The translations under genes were made by a program, and so were the position numbers. Shown here one piece after another: positions 9,870 through 21,770 of a stretch of DNA of 64,000 bases. The stretch's first letter is position 1, and every line of letters starts with the position of its first letter. The DNA is from Cyanophora paradoxa CCMP329 (Eukaryota; Plantae; Glaucophyta): assembly GCA_004431415.1 (NCBI GenBank), contig QPMI01000100.1:62001-126000 (forward strand). The letters are read 5' to 3'. The notes under the pieces were generated by a model that worked only from the letters and a program-made list of their open reading frames with translations, did not search any database and was not told the origin of the DNA.

Positions 9870-12717
9870 ATGAGCTTCTTCGGGGACGACGCGTTCGAGG
9901 ACGATCAGCAGGATGCGGAGAACGAGGCAGAAGAGGATGATGAGGGGGACAAGAAGGCTTCGCCGCAGCGGGGTGCGCTGCGGCGCCGACTAGCGAGTCG
10001 GTGCTCGTTCACCTAACGCGCCCGACGCAGACATGATCATCTTCGCGGTCGACGGCTCGGAGGCGATGTACGCGCCTACTGAGAACGGCGGACAGTCGCC
10101 CATCCAGCGCGCCATGGACGCCATCTCGTTTTTCTACAAGGACCACGTACGCGACCGCCCTGCGCTGCGCCGCGCGCTGCCCTCGGCGAACGCGATTGCG
10201 CAGGTCATCATTGCAGAGCAGGACTTCCTTTCGGTCGTGCTATACAACACGGCGCGCCTCGCTCCGTCGTCTTTCAGCGCGTCGACGCCCCTGACCCGGC
10301 CCATCCGTGGCTCAGAACCCCAAAAATGTCGTCGAGGATTTCCTTCGCACGGACACGGTCATGACATTGATCCCGCCGAATCGGCCAGCGGCCAAGGAAG
10401 TCCTGTTGCTAAAACAGCTTTCTGGTGTGTAGCCTTCGAATTCTTTGCAAGCCTGCAAAAGTTCTCACCTGCGCACGGCAGAGGACATCACAGCGCTCAA
10501 GGATCTCACTGACGGACCAGCGAACTCGAGCATTGATAACGTCTTGCAGAGCCTTCACACGATGCAGATGGTTGAAGGGTCTGCTCTGGACTGGTCGTTT
10601 CATTCGTGCTTTTGATGGCTGTGACACATCCAGGCGGCAACTGGATGTCGCGAATAAGTTGATTTACATCTTCACGAACAATGACAGTCCGCGCTGTGAA
10701 AAACGGAGAACGAAAGCCCTGCTCGAGGTCTGCCTGCACACACGCTGCCATAATGTCCACTCATTGACGCCTTTCCACCAGACTTGGAAGGGGTCTTTCG
10801 TCTTGACAGGTTTCTTCATGCACAGACCGGACAGACCATTTGATGGGAACAAGTTCTGGAATGCGAGCACTTGTGGTGCTGTCTACAATGGCGCTGATCT
10901 GGCTCTGATCTTTTCGATAGGCTCTGATCAACGACCTGAGGGGCGAGGACTCTTTTGCAGGGTCAATGGAAATCCAGCAATCATGGGAAGACCTGAAGAA
11001 CAGGTGCTTTGTCTGGCCTAGCCTCGGCGTCTGGAGAGCTGATTCCTGTCTCAGGGTTCGGAGAAAGCTGCACAAGAAACGCGTTCTCATGAAGCTTGCG
11101 CTTGAGATCGCACCCAACGTGGAGATTGGAGTGAATCTGTGCGCAACCTCTTTGAATTCTAGATGACAAAAACAAACGCCTCACGATTTTCCAGATATGG
11201 TCTTATTACAGACGCAAAAACGCCAGCACATTCGTGGGTCACTGCTGGTGAAGAGGCGAAGGACGTGAAGGTATTCTGAGCTATTCAACCCTTCTGCCTG
11301 GCTGAATCTGTGTGCAGACAGAGATGCAGTACCTTGGTTCTGTGGGCGAAGAACTGGCAGACTTCCAGCTCTCCCAAATGATGGAGTTTGGTTCCGAGCT
11401 AGTATTCTTTGAGAAGGAGGAGGTGAAGAAGCTCAAGGATTTCGGCCCACCAGGTGACTTCTTGTGTTGATGCTGAGAAGATGCTATGAACATTCGTGCA
11501 GGCATCAAGCTGATCGGTTTCAAGCCACGCTCGTCTCTTAAGATCCACCACAATATCCGCCCATCATCCTTTATCTATCCCAACAATGAGGTCGCACTTT
11601 CGTTTGATCTACCCAGCCAAACCATTGTGATTCTACGATCAGACTGTGGAAGGCTCGATTACTGCCTTCGCAGCTCTCCATGCAAAGATGCTAGAGCTTG
11701 ATAAAATTGCAATCTGCCGCATCATTTCAAGGTTCAGCAAGTACCCTAGGTTGGTCGCGTTGTTGCCACAGGTGAGCATCTTCTTTTCCTGATTTTGTGA
11801 AAATCACAGCATCTGACTGCAATCGGCAGCAAGTGAAGGAGGATGAAGAGACTGGCTGCCAGGTGCACCCACCAGGCTTTCACATCATTTACCTCCCCTT
11901 TGCGGACGACATTCGCAAGCTGAATGTCGAGGATGGTCCAAAAGGTTCTACCTAGCTGCGTTCCAATCGTCGTTTCTCTCATTTGCTGACGCTGCCTTGT
12001 GCAGCAACTACTGACCAGGTTGATAAGGCAAAGAAAGTCATCAAGGCATTCACGCTTGCAGAGTTTGACTGCCGAAACTTTGACAATCCGGCCCTGCAGC
12101 GCCACTACGATGTTCTGCAGGTTCAGATTCCCAAGTGGTCGGGCAGACTCTGCTCATACGTAACTGTGTTTTTGTTTCGAAGGCTGAGGCTCTGGATGAA
12201 GGGATTCGAGAGGACAATTCATTCGACCGCGTCCATCCTGCTGAAAGCCTGAAGGCTGCCCAGAAGATCGGGCCCCTTGTTGAGGACTGGGCCAAGGATG
12301 TCTGGGGCGATGACTACGAAACAGCAGGTACTTCTGGTCATGACGTCTACAGTTTGCGGATCATATCATCTAGACTCTGCAGAGTATCTTCTAACACTGC
12401 TGCAGGAGAGCCTTCGGCCAAGAGAGCAAAACCAGCAGACCCTGCAAAAGCAGCTGCGAAGGCAGAAAAGGATGCAGAAGCTGCAGAGAAGGCAGCTGCG
12501 ATCAACTGGAAGAGCCTGGCAGCAGATGGCAGCATCAAGAGCCTGACCATGGACCAGCTAAAGAGCTATTGCAGGACCAACGGTCTCAAGCTATCAGGTG
12601 CTGTCAGCATTTGTTGCTTCATTGACTGTGCACTCGTGAACCACCTCATGCTTCCTTCCTGCAGGCAAAAAGGAGGAACTTGTTGCTCGGGTCCAGGCAC
12701 ATATCGATGGCAAATAG
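9870..12717 (+). CDS. KU70: Ku70 NHEJ DNA end-binding subunit
   Basis: Acidic N-terminus; vWA start IIFAVDGSEAM; IYIFTNNDSP; beta-barrel GIKLIGFKPRSSLKIHHNIRPSSFIYPN; PPGFHIIYLPFADDIR; FDNPALQRHY; C-terminal SAP SLTMDQLKSYCRTNGLKLSGKKEELVARV. Many short introns. Confidence 0.95.
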
Positions 12718-13238
12718 CATAAGCATCACTCTCGATCGAAAAAGATGTTAGATTTAGGCGGCCGGCCAAGCTCAAGATCTAGAGCTTAATGTAGTTAATG
12801 GGTGGGAGCCTCTCGCTAGTGTGAGCATTGCTCTCAATTGAAAATTTTGCGATGAACAGGTAAAGTCCGAGCCTCGGAGCTCGACATTATCAATATTAAT
12901 TGGCGGGGGGCGTGAGTGACCTCCGGTCCTGCTCCTGGTCCTGCCCTGGACTTGAGAGCTCGGATCTAGATCTAGATCATGATCTACTAGGCTAGATCTA
13001 GATCTCGACGTCGACCTGAGCTCGAGCTTCCGGACCCCCTCCCGGTCCGGCCGGCGCCCAGGTACCGGCCGCGGTTAACTTTCAACGTTAATTATAACGT
13101 TGCTCGCTTCCTCCTGCACCCCCCCTCCCCCCCTCCCCCCCGACCCTCCCCCTCCCCCCCCCCCCCCCCTTTTCTCCGGCACACGCGTTTACGTACGCCT
13201 CGAGCCACTCGGGTGTTCGCGGGGGCCCGGCGGCCGGC

Positions 13239-16200
13239 ATGATCGATGCCGCCGCGCTGTCGAGCAGCCCGGCTCGACTCGTCCAGCCGCTGCGCTCGGG
13301 AACGCCGCTTCGCGAGGTGATGTCGTCGACCGAGCCGGCTCGGCTGGTGGGGCTGACAGACGAGGTGCGCGAGCGCGAGCGCGCGTGAGCGCGAGCGCAG
13401 ACAGCTCGCACGGAGCCCGCGCTCACTCGACCTCGCGTGCAGGAGGCGCACGAGCTGCTCGAGGAATGGGGCAAGAATATAGCGCGCGCGCCGAAGCCGC
13501 CATCGTTTGTCAAATTCTTTCTCAAGGAGCTGCGAGAACCGCCGGTGCATACGCCTAACCAGGCGCCGTGAAGCTTGTCGGAGCCCCTGCATGCTAACCC
13601 CGTCCTGCAGATCATGCTTCTTCTCGCTATCGGCGCGATATGTGCGTCCCCCCTCGCTGCAAGGCCGCGCGGGGCTATGGCCCGTGGGGCGAACGGCCGG
13701 CCCGCCGACCCGCGCCCTGTGCAGACGCGGCCATCGAGCGCTCGGTCTTGGACGCGTGCACGGTTGCCTTCGTGATCACGGCGACCGTGACGGCGGAGGT
13801 GGCGTCGGAGTGGCGCGCCAAGCAGGCGGTGCGGACCCTGCAGGACTCGATGGCAGAGACCGCGGTCGTGCGGCGCGCCGGGAGCGAGCGGACGATCAAG
13901 GCCGAGGACGTTGTACCCGGCGACGTCGTCATCCTCAAGGTACCCCTCACGCCTATGCTCCCGCCCTCGCCGTCCCCCTCTCAGCGACTTCGCCGCCGCA
14001 GTCTGGCAACTTCGTTCCGGCGGACGGCCGCCTCGTTGCAAGCTACTCGCTCGAGGTGGACGAGGCGACGCTCACGGGCGAGTCGACGCCCGTTCAAAAG
14101 AGCGCTTTCGGCAAGCAGGAGCGCTCGAACATGGTCCGCCGGACGCCCCTCCCCCTCCCTCCCCCCCGCCCCGACCCACGGCGGGGGTACAGGTGTTCGC
14201 ACGAACACTCTGCACGCGGGGCCGCGGGATCGCGATCGTTACTGAGACTGGCCCGAGGACGGAGGTCGGCAAGACGGTGGCCGGCGGGCGCCCCGCAAAG
14301 CAGCCCAAGACGCCTCTCCAGCTGGCGCGTACCCCCTCCCGGTCCACCCCCCCCTTTTTTCTGCGCGCCCCTCACTCACCTCCCTTCAGGCGTTGAAGGA
14401 GCTGACAAAGCTGCTGACGATTTCCGCTCTCGTCGTCAGCCTACTCATCGCCATTCTGGCCTACTTCCGCCGTACCCCCCCACCCCCCATCCCTTCCTCC
14501 CCCTCCCCCCCTGTTCAACGCCGCCTTCGTTCGCAGAGAAGAGCGGGTGGTCGGCATCGCTGCTGACGGGCCTCTCGCTGGCGTACGCTCTGATCCCCGA
14601 GGAGCTCCCGATGATCGCCCTGGCGGCCGCCGCGCTGGGCGCCCTCCGCCTTTCCCGCCACCGGCTGCTCGTCAAGCGCATCCGCACGGCCGAGACCCTC
14701 GGCGCGGTGCGTCGTTCCGAGCTTGCTCTGTGCTCTCTGCGCTCTCTGAGCCCCCTCCTCAGGTCTCGACGATCGTGTGCGACAAGACCGGGACGCTGAC
14801 GACGGGCGCCCTGCGCCTCGCGCACTTCCTCCCGGCGGCCGGCGGCGGCCCGCCGCGCCCCGCGGGGGCCCTTGCGGAAGAGGCCCCGTCCCTCGCCGAG
14901 CTCCTCCGCACCTGGCTGCTCTCGTCAGCGCTGGAGCCGCCCCCGGCGCCCGCCGGCCGGCCCTGCACGGCCGACGAGGCGCTCGAAGCGCTCCGCGGGG
15001 CCAGCACGGTGGACGCCTGGGATCGTGCCGTCCTGGAGACCGTCCGGGAGCGCCCCGAGGCGGCGCGGGCGGCCGCGCACGAGTGGGCCCACGCCTTTCT
15101 CGTCGACGCGCGGCCCTTTGAGGCCGCCTCGCGCTACTCTAGCGCCTCCTGGAAGCTCCCGGGGGTACGTCTCCCCCAGCACTTCGTTCGCGGCTCGCCC
15201 GAGGCGCTCCTGGAGGACTGCGATCACGTGGCGGTACCGCCCGGGGGCCCCTCCCTCCTGGACGCCCCCGCGGGGGCCGAGGCGGGCCCCGCCGGCGCGG
15301 CGCCCTTCTCGGCCGAAGCGAAGGCGGCGCTGCGGGAGAGGCTGGAGGAGCTGGCGGCGGACGGCGAGCGCTGCCTCGGCCTTGCCCGAGTCGAGGCGCA
15401 GGGCCCCGCCGAGCTCAAGGTCTTCGTGGGGGTACTCTCGTTCGAGGACCCGCTCCGGCCCGACGCCCCCGCCGCCCTCGCCCAGTGCCTCGCCGCCGGC
15501 ATCCGCGTCGTGCGCCGCACCCTTCCGCCCCACCGCCTCCGCTGAATCGCTTTGCTCCGCGGCAGATGGTCGTGAGCGGGGACCACCCGGCGACGTGTGC
15601 GGCGGTGGCGCGGCGGGCGGGGCTTCTGCCGGCTGCGGGGCTGGCGGGCGGCCCGACCCCCTACCTGGTGGACTGCTCGCAGGCGCCTGCCCTCGCTGGG
15701 GCCTCCGAGCCACCGGACTCGCCAGCGTACACTAAGGTGTGTACCCCCTCCTTCCTTCCCGCCTCACCCTCCCCGCCCCGCCCCGCCCCGCCCGGCCCCG
15801 CCAAGCGCTCCTCGGCAGTGTGTGGAGGAGCTGGAGGCGCAGGCCGGGGCGGGCGCCCTCGTGTGGGCCCGCAGCGCCCCGCTCCTCAAGGCCGGCCTCG
15901 TCGCCGTCCTCCAGAGGCGCGGCGCCGTCTGCGCCACGGGCGACGGCGCCAACGACGCGCCCGCCCTCCGCACCGCCGACGTGCGCGCCCTTCTCCTTCC
16001 CCTCTCTTTGCCTTCTCACTCCCCTCACAGGTCGGCGTGGCGGTACGGGGGGCGGCGGGGGCGGCGCGGGAGGCGGCGGGCGTGGAGCTGGCGGAGGACT
16101 CGTTCGCGGGGCTCGTGGCCGGCGTCGCCGAGGGCCGTCGCCTCTTCGACAACCTCAGGTAAGGAGAAAGAGAAGAGGAAGCTGAGAGTCTGGAATGAAA

Positions 16201-17139
16201 ATTGATAACATAATCTACCTACTCCACCCGTTTATACCATCTTATCATCTCTACGACACCGTCGTCACCGTCGCTCCCGCCTCACCGTCATCATCTGCCG
16301 CCTCACCGTCGCTTCTGCCCCGCGCAGGAAAGGGACACGCTTCTACCTGGCATGCAAGGCGGCCCTCGTCGCCCTCTTCGCCGCCGCCTGCGCCCTCGGG
16401 CTCCCCCCGCCCCTCGCCCCCATCCAGGTGCGCCGTGGGCCTCCACACACTCTGGCCCCCGCCCCTTACATTTGGCCTGGGCAGGTGATCGCACTGGAGG
16501 CGCTGATGGACCTAGCCGCCGGAGCCGCCTTCGTCTGTGAGCCCCCGGAGCCGTGCGTACCCCCTCCCCCCTCCTCCTCCCCGGTCCGGTCTTTCGCTTG
16601 TTCTGACAGCTTCGTTTCGTTGCAGGGGCATCATGCGGCGGCCCCCGCGCCCGCGGGACGCCCCCTTCGTCGACCGGCCCTACCTCGCCTCCGTCTGCGG
16701 GGCGGCCGCCCTCCTTGCCGGCCCCGTCTTCGCCGCATTTCTCCTCTCCTCTTCCTCTTCCTCCTCGCCTTCTCTGGGGCAGTCCGCAGCCTTTGCCTCC
16801 TGGCTCCTCGCCCACGTCGCCCTCGCCCTCGTCACCCGCTCGGGCGCCCCCTGCTGCGCCCCGGGCGGCCTGGCCTCCCTCCGCGAGAACTCGGCCATGG
16901 GCCTCTGGGCCCTCGCCGCGCTCGCCTCCCTCGCTCTCTCCTTCCTCGTACCTCCCCTGCGGGACGGCCTCAAGCTGACGCCCCTCCCGGCACACGCCTG
17001 GGGCACTGCCCTGTGCGCTGCCCTCCTCGTCCTCGTGGTGGGCGAGGCCGCAAAGCTCGTCCTGCATGCCCGTACACGCCTTGCCGCGCCGCGTGACGAG
17101 GCAGCTGCTTCCGAGAGCTTGCCCCTTCTGGCTGAGTAG
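13239..17139 (+). CDS. P-type (P2-like) cation-transporting ATPase, full-length copy 1
   Basis: VVPGDVVIL, VPADGRL, VDEATLTGES, TM4 IPEELP, DKTGTLT phosphorylation site, FEDPLRPD, VVSGDH, TGDGANDAPAL, EGRRLFDNLR, IMRRPPR and C-terminal TM helices; introns restore frame. Confidence 0.92.
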
Positions 17140-17988
17140 CTACTAGGTCTTCGACTCGCCCCGGCCCCGCCCCTGCTCGTCTCAGGAGGTGCAAGGTGGG
17201 GTCTAATTATTATTGGGGAAGGACCCCCTTCCCCTTCCCCCACTTGGGGGTGTTCGGGTGCCCACCCCAGGCCAAAATGAAATGTCCCGACCTCCCAAAA
17301 CCCAGGTTTTCTCGCCGGATCCTAGCAAGGCATGTTCCTAGGAGTCCGGAGACGTGTTCCGGGAGATCCGGGTCCCGTCGGGTCGACCAGGGATGAGCAA
17401 TAACACATTTTTGAAAAATGCGATCTAGCGCCTCACCAAGTGGCGGTATATATACCGGACCAAGTGCGCCTGAATGCGCCTGATACGCCCGACGATTCAT
17501 GTCATACATTCCGAGACCGGAGAGGCACAGGGTGGCCCGCTAGGCCGCCTCAAGTACCTGTTGTACCGAGCGCCGAAAAAAAGCGCTCCTGAGAGTTTTC
17601 AGCCGATCGAGACTCGTGTTACAGTACCCGGCAGGCTAGCCGACAGTGCTGCCGACTGGCTTTCGCGCTGGCCAACTATAGCTAGCTGAGCTCCGGCTAG
17701 CTTGCAATGCGGCAACAGCTCATCAAGCACTTCGGAACGTGAAAGAGTGCAGGAAGAAGACGCCCGCTACGCCGCCGCCGCGTTCCGGTGCGCGTCGCCG
17801 ATGGTTCTGACTGCCCCGCGCCTGCCGTCCGCAGATGCGACAGTCTTGCGCCGAAAGGTGCGCTCGCGCGCCGCCCGGCAATCTCGCGCCGGGCGCGCAC
17901 AGAAGCCGACGCGTGTCGTCGAATTCGAACAGCTCCTCTTGCGCAAGGTGCACAGCTAGATTCGATGTGCCGCGCTCCGCAGCAGACG

Positions 17989-18657
17989 GCGGGCGGCGGC
18001 GCGGTCGCCGGGCGGGGCGGAGGCGCTGCGGGCGGCGGCGCGGCGCGCCGCACGGGGAGCAGGCGCGGCGGGCGGCTGCGCGGCGTGCCGGGCGGGGCGG
18101 AGGCGCGGCGGGCGGCGGCGGGGCTCGCCGGCCGCGGGCGGGGCGGAGGCGCGGCGGCCGGCGGGTGGCGGCGCGGCTCCGAGGCTCGCCGGGCGGGACG
18201 GAGGCGCGGCTGCCGGCGGCGCGGCTCGCCGGGCGGGGCGGAGGCGCGGCGGGCGGCGGCGCGGCTCCCCAAGCGGGGCGGAGGCGCGGCAGGCGGCGGC
18301 GCAGCTCCCCGGGCGGGGCGAAGGCGCGGCGGGCGGCGGCGCGGCTCGCCGATCGGAGCGGAGGCGCGGCGGGCGGCGGCGCGGCTCGCCGATCGGGGCG
18401 GAGGCGCGGCGGGCGGCCGCGCGGCGCGCCGGGCGGGGGCGCGGCTCAACGGGCGGGCGGAGCGCGGCGGGCGGCGGCGCGGCTCGCCGATCGGGGCGGA
18501 GGCGCGGCGGGCGGCCGCGCGGCGCGCCGGGCGGGGGCGCGGCTCAACGGGCGGGGCGGAGCGCGGCGGGCGGCGGCGCGGCTCGTCGGGCGGCGGCGCG
18601 GCTCGCCGGGCGGGCAGAGGCGCGGCGGGCGGCCGCGCGGCTCGTCGGGCGGGGCGG
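17989..18657. repeat. Very GC-rich minisatellite, ~40-bp unit
   Basis: Degenerate repeats of gggcggggcggaggcgcggcgggcggcggcgcggctcgcc. Confidence 0.9.
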
Positions 18658-19489
18658 ATCCGGACTCGGAGGGGGCGCGCAGGGCAAATTGTCCCATTCC
18701 CGCACGGCGGGTGGCGGCGCGGCGCGCAGGGCAAATTGTCCCATTCCCGCACGGCTTCTTGTTCCAGGTCTACGCCTAGCGAGCATTTGCTGCAGCCTGC
18801 AGACTCTGAGATGCTGTCTTTGTTGAATAAGACCACATGGCCACCTTGCACGACTCGGCGAGCAGGGGGCGGGGGCGAATCGAAGACCTAGAACTTAGTA
18901 ACCTGACTGATTGACCTGCAAGTCCTCTTCCGGTCCCACGAGCTCGATCGCGAGCCCGCGGCCGGCCCACCGTGGCACCGTCCCAGTTGCAATTACGCCA
19001 TGACTACGGGCGTTCGCGCAGCTCAGCGGCTCATGATCAGCGGCTGCAGGTTTAATTTAGAGTCAACACTCTCTAGATCTCTATCTCGGCTAACCGTTGA
19101 ACCTGATCGTCGGACCTGTCCTACTCAACCGTTAGAAGTCCTTCCCCTCCAACAGGGGCAGTGCAACTGCAGTGTCCCTGTTCCGTTCATAAGTTAACAG
19201 ACTCTGAGAGACGGCAGTTCAATGGACGAACAGGAATTGCATTCAATGATCATCGGATTCAAAGTGCTTGTGTAAAGGAGGTCAATTATTTTAACATGTC
19301 ACAGTGTTGTTAGTACTAGTAACGTCAACATATACAGGTCTAGGCCGGGAGCCGTTCAAGCTCGAGCTTGTTTACTACTAAGTTAAGGTTCTTAAAAGGC
19401 CCATAATTCGAGGTGAAGCTACAGCAGTGATGGGACACACTCGGATACAGGGACAAAAAAGCAAAATGACCAAGACAAGAGCACGAAGA

Positions 19490-21770
19490 AAGCCTTGAAG
19501 ACAATTGCAAGACAAAGAGCTGACTCTCGGAATTGAATATTTGAGAGCGAGGGTATATGTTCGTGTAACCTTGCCATGGACTCCCGGGATATGATATGAC
19601 ATGCCATGGGCCCCCAGCCTCACGAGGGACTGTTATCAATCTGGATCAAGAACTTCGTGCATTGATCGAAATATTTGCACGCAATTCGTGCATCGAAACG
19701 TTCAACGTTGGCATTTTTAACTAATACTCTAGGCTGGCCATTAGCTGGCCATGGGTTTTTGGTTTGCCGATGCAATGGAGAGATCGCAACGGATCTCCGG
19801 TGCGATGTCAGGAACTGCGGCACAAACGTGAAGCCATGCGGTAGCCTGGAAGCGATTGCGCGCTCGAGTAGCTTGTGCAGCCGGCGCCGTTGCTGGTGGT
19901 GACGGAGCCCACAATCGTTCCGTTTCTCCCGTTGCCCGAAGCATCTCGAACATTTCTGGATGCTGACTGTCGCACGTTTGTCCAAGCTCAAGTCACGATA
20001 ATGATCAGAACGCAAGCCCGAGCAGAGGAAGTACGCACGCTAGCGGCAGGTTGATCATCGAAGGGAAGGTAGAGACTTGGCTGGCGCCAAATAACTCCAC
20101 CGGCCGCCAGTGTCTCTACCTCGCTCTCTGACAGTGCTGCAGGCCAGATGCGGAAGCCTGTGCTCCAGGTTCCCTCGGAAATCATCGCAAATGTGATCAC
20201 GTGGCAGGCACGCACCGGACAGGTCGACGTTTTCAAGTGTGTACAAGCCGCTGTCCCCCGGGTCCTGCATGCGTGCAGACATTCAGGGATTTGTCCAACC
20301 TCCCCACTCCCCCGGGCTCCGTATCCAACGCGCACCCCTGCAACCACTCGGCCGATGTAATTGTAGTTGCGGATCCCGCTCGGCAGGATGGTCACATTTT
20401 TTGTTCCTCCATTCGGATCTAGCCCGTCGACGATGTGGGTGCGGGTTCCCGTCACGCCATCCGTCAGGTAGAAGTGCAGGTCGCCGGTCGCCCCAAGTGT
20501 CGTGACCGCGTGGTACCAGCGGTTGAGCTGATCATGAGCAGAGGGGCGTCATGAGTTGACGTCAGGAGCTGATAAACAAGGCAGAACGTGCGCACGAGAA
20601 GCTGGCCAGTACCATTGACATTCGATGGTGAGTACAAGTGAACCTGGTCTTCCTCGGGGTCCTGGGCAGTGGTAGCTGGAGGTGAGCCCTTGGAAACAGT
20701 GCGGCAAGGACGGTCACAGACCACGTAATTGTTGGAAGGATTTCGATCGGTGAGCCCCAAATAGAGACTGTTGCAGTCCGGGCCCGGAGCACCGAAGATG
20801 TTCTGTCACCCTAGCATGTCAGATGGCCACGTTCACAGACAAAAATCGGTTGACCATACGAATCAAGGCATACCGATTTGATTACCATGAGCTGCACAGA
20901 GCGTCAGACTGGTCTGGCGCTATGCATATGCATGCTGGCATCGACGAACCACGGCCTGTCTAAACCATCCATTTGCGAAATCGAACAACATCGCTTGCTT
21001 TGCCAGACCTCCGAGCTGCTGCTGGCCAAGCTTGATCCTGCCCGGTCTAAGTTGGATGCGAGCTCGTTCTAAGTTGGATGCGAGCACCAGAACTCGAACG
21101 AGATCGGATTCCCGAAGTACAGTGGGGGCAGGGTGATGTAGCTCTCGCCGCCAGGGAAGTGTGCACCTGTAGAGCACATATCAACAAAGCTCGAAGAAAG
21201 ATCCCGAAGGAGGCTTGGGATGGATCGGAGGAGGGTCCCATGAGCGGGAGCCAGAAAGCTGCAGCTGGCTATGAAGCTTAAAGGTTCGGAGAGGGGGCTG
21301 CGAGGCAGGGGGGATGCCAGGGAGAGGAGTGTGGGAGCGCACTGGAGGGGCGGAAAGTTTGGAGCATCACGACGGGGAACAGAAGGCTGGCTAGAGCGGA
21401 GTGGCACACTACAACAGTTGAGGTGCCACTGCTCAAGGCCGGGCAGGGGGAGGTGAATGGCAATGAGGTGTGACAGGGGGGTGTGCGAAGGGGAGGGAAG
21501 GGGGGGAAGGGCAGAAGGGCGTGCGCACTGCACGTCGGCACAGCCGGGCTCGAGGTGAGGCTTGCAAGGCGCCCTGCATGCTGATCAGATCACACGTGGT
21601 GACTTACCCGTTGCCAGCACGTGTACAACGGCCCGGCTCGCGTGCGTATCGCACAAGCGCACATGCTCACGTTTTTGGCTGTAGATGCCCCGTCGAGGTT
21701 CTGGCCATGGGCCGCTGCCAACAAACAACTGCCCGCCAGGATGAAAAAGAGGACCAGCTGCGCATTGCAC
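19490..21770 (-). pseudogene. LamG/concanavalin-like jelly-roll secreted protein gene or fragment, copy 1
   Basis: Exons read LVLFFILAGSCLLAAAHG (signal-like), GESYITLPPLYFGNPISFEFW, WYHAVTTLG, NYIGR, FRIWPAALSESEV, LYLPFDD, VRDASGNGRNGTIVG. No clear start or stop found; boundaries approximate. Confidence 0.65.

Noticed and set aside
9870-12717. Functional link between Ku70 and the adjacent rearrangement/footprint hotspot
   Set aside because: Proximity only; Ku70 acts in trans and looks intact.
13119-13170. Poly-C/G tracts as G-quadruplex regulators (also ~22165, 22910, 33490, 40650, 52540)
   Set aside because: Lengths vary between duplicates and nothing supports function; homopolymers are error-prone.
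17200-17250. Helitron 3' end (hairpin near a terminus)
   Set aside because: No CTRR terminus, TC start or A|T insertion site at the indel boundaries.
17241-17468. CACTT...AAGTG mini TIR element
   Set aside because: Only ~7 bp of inverted match and no target-site duplication.
17697-18891. Overlapping 300-380 aa Arg/Gly/Ala ORFs on both strands (also 26150-27320)
   Set aside because: Produced by a stop-free GC minisatellite; frames are not conserved between the two copies.
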